NCBI GenBank assembly: GCA_965285935.1
Contig: OZ260662.1
Coordinates: 36,828,001 to 36,892,000, forward strand
Direction of reading: 5' to 3'
DNA: 64,000 nt
Source of the DNA: Ophelia neglecta
Taxonomy: Eukaryota
Positions within the stretch are counted from its first letter, which is position 1; every line of letters starts with the position of its first letter. This document shows positions 63,709 to 64,000 of the stretch, in pieces. The notes beneath the pieces were generated by a model that worked only from the letters and a program-made list of their open reading frames with translations, had not been told where the DNA came from and ran no database searches. The translations under genes and the position numbers were made by a program.

Positions 63709-64000
63709 CTAGCAGTGACCCGTGGGCAACCACGGTGAAAAGGGCAGCAGTGGATTGAATGGTGGTCCATTCGAAGAGGGCAGTTTTCATTTGTTACTAA
63801 TGCTGGTTTGAGACAAAAAAATAGAAAAGTAAGATGGTATAAAGGAATCCATCAAAAATGATAGTGCCTATATATTGCCAATGTTGGGAGAGACAAAACA
63901 ATAAAAGTGTAAACAGATTTGAATGAAAAATACATAGCAAAGGTAGTCTAAAGTTTTATTCCTGTCATCCAGCGAACACCTCTCGAGCAGTTCATTGAAG
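63709..64000 (-). mobile_element. Helitron-like 3' terminus (element may extend beyond the window)
   Basis: Minus strand CCGTGG-TTGC-CCACGG hairpin, 7 nt, then CTAG|T at 63712-63708. Confidence 0.45.

Overview
AT-rich, intron-containing animal (probably marine invertebrate) genomic DNA, not prokaryotic. It holds a cluster of major-facilitator-type membrane genes: three intact six-exon UNC93A-like paralogues (A on + at 1029-7402; B and C on - at 37928-45113 and 46970-54340, a ~9.1 kb tandem duplication), a fourth broken UNC93A copy (D, relic exons at 28632-28728 and 35469-35602, split by a full-length LINE), and a ten-exon SLC22-family transporter (+, 20526-26010). Between and inside these are many mobile elements: two RTE-group (RTEX/Proto2-like) LINEs, one with an intact 1167-aa ORF2; an internally deleted Ngaro/DIRS tyrosine-recombinase retroelement with complete split direct repeats; L2/Crack and Penelope-like fragments; a tRNA-derived SINE; a Kolobok-type element; several MITEs; and Helitron-like ends. 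I found no convincing wholly new biological system. The most notable observations are: a decayed tandem array of the exon 2/intron 2 splice-donor junction in copies B and C; a traceable GGA>TGA>TAA nonsense change that replaced the UNC93A C-terminal tail with a class I PDZ-type ending; a gene-conversion tract between inverted paralogues 43 kb apart; a duplicated splice acceptor in copy C; and the att-like target site and thrice-repeated structured motif of the Ngaro element. All coordinates and identities were read by eye; element clade names come from motif recall, not database searches.
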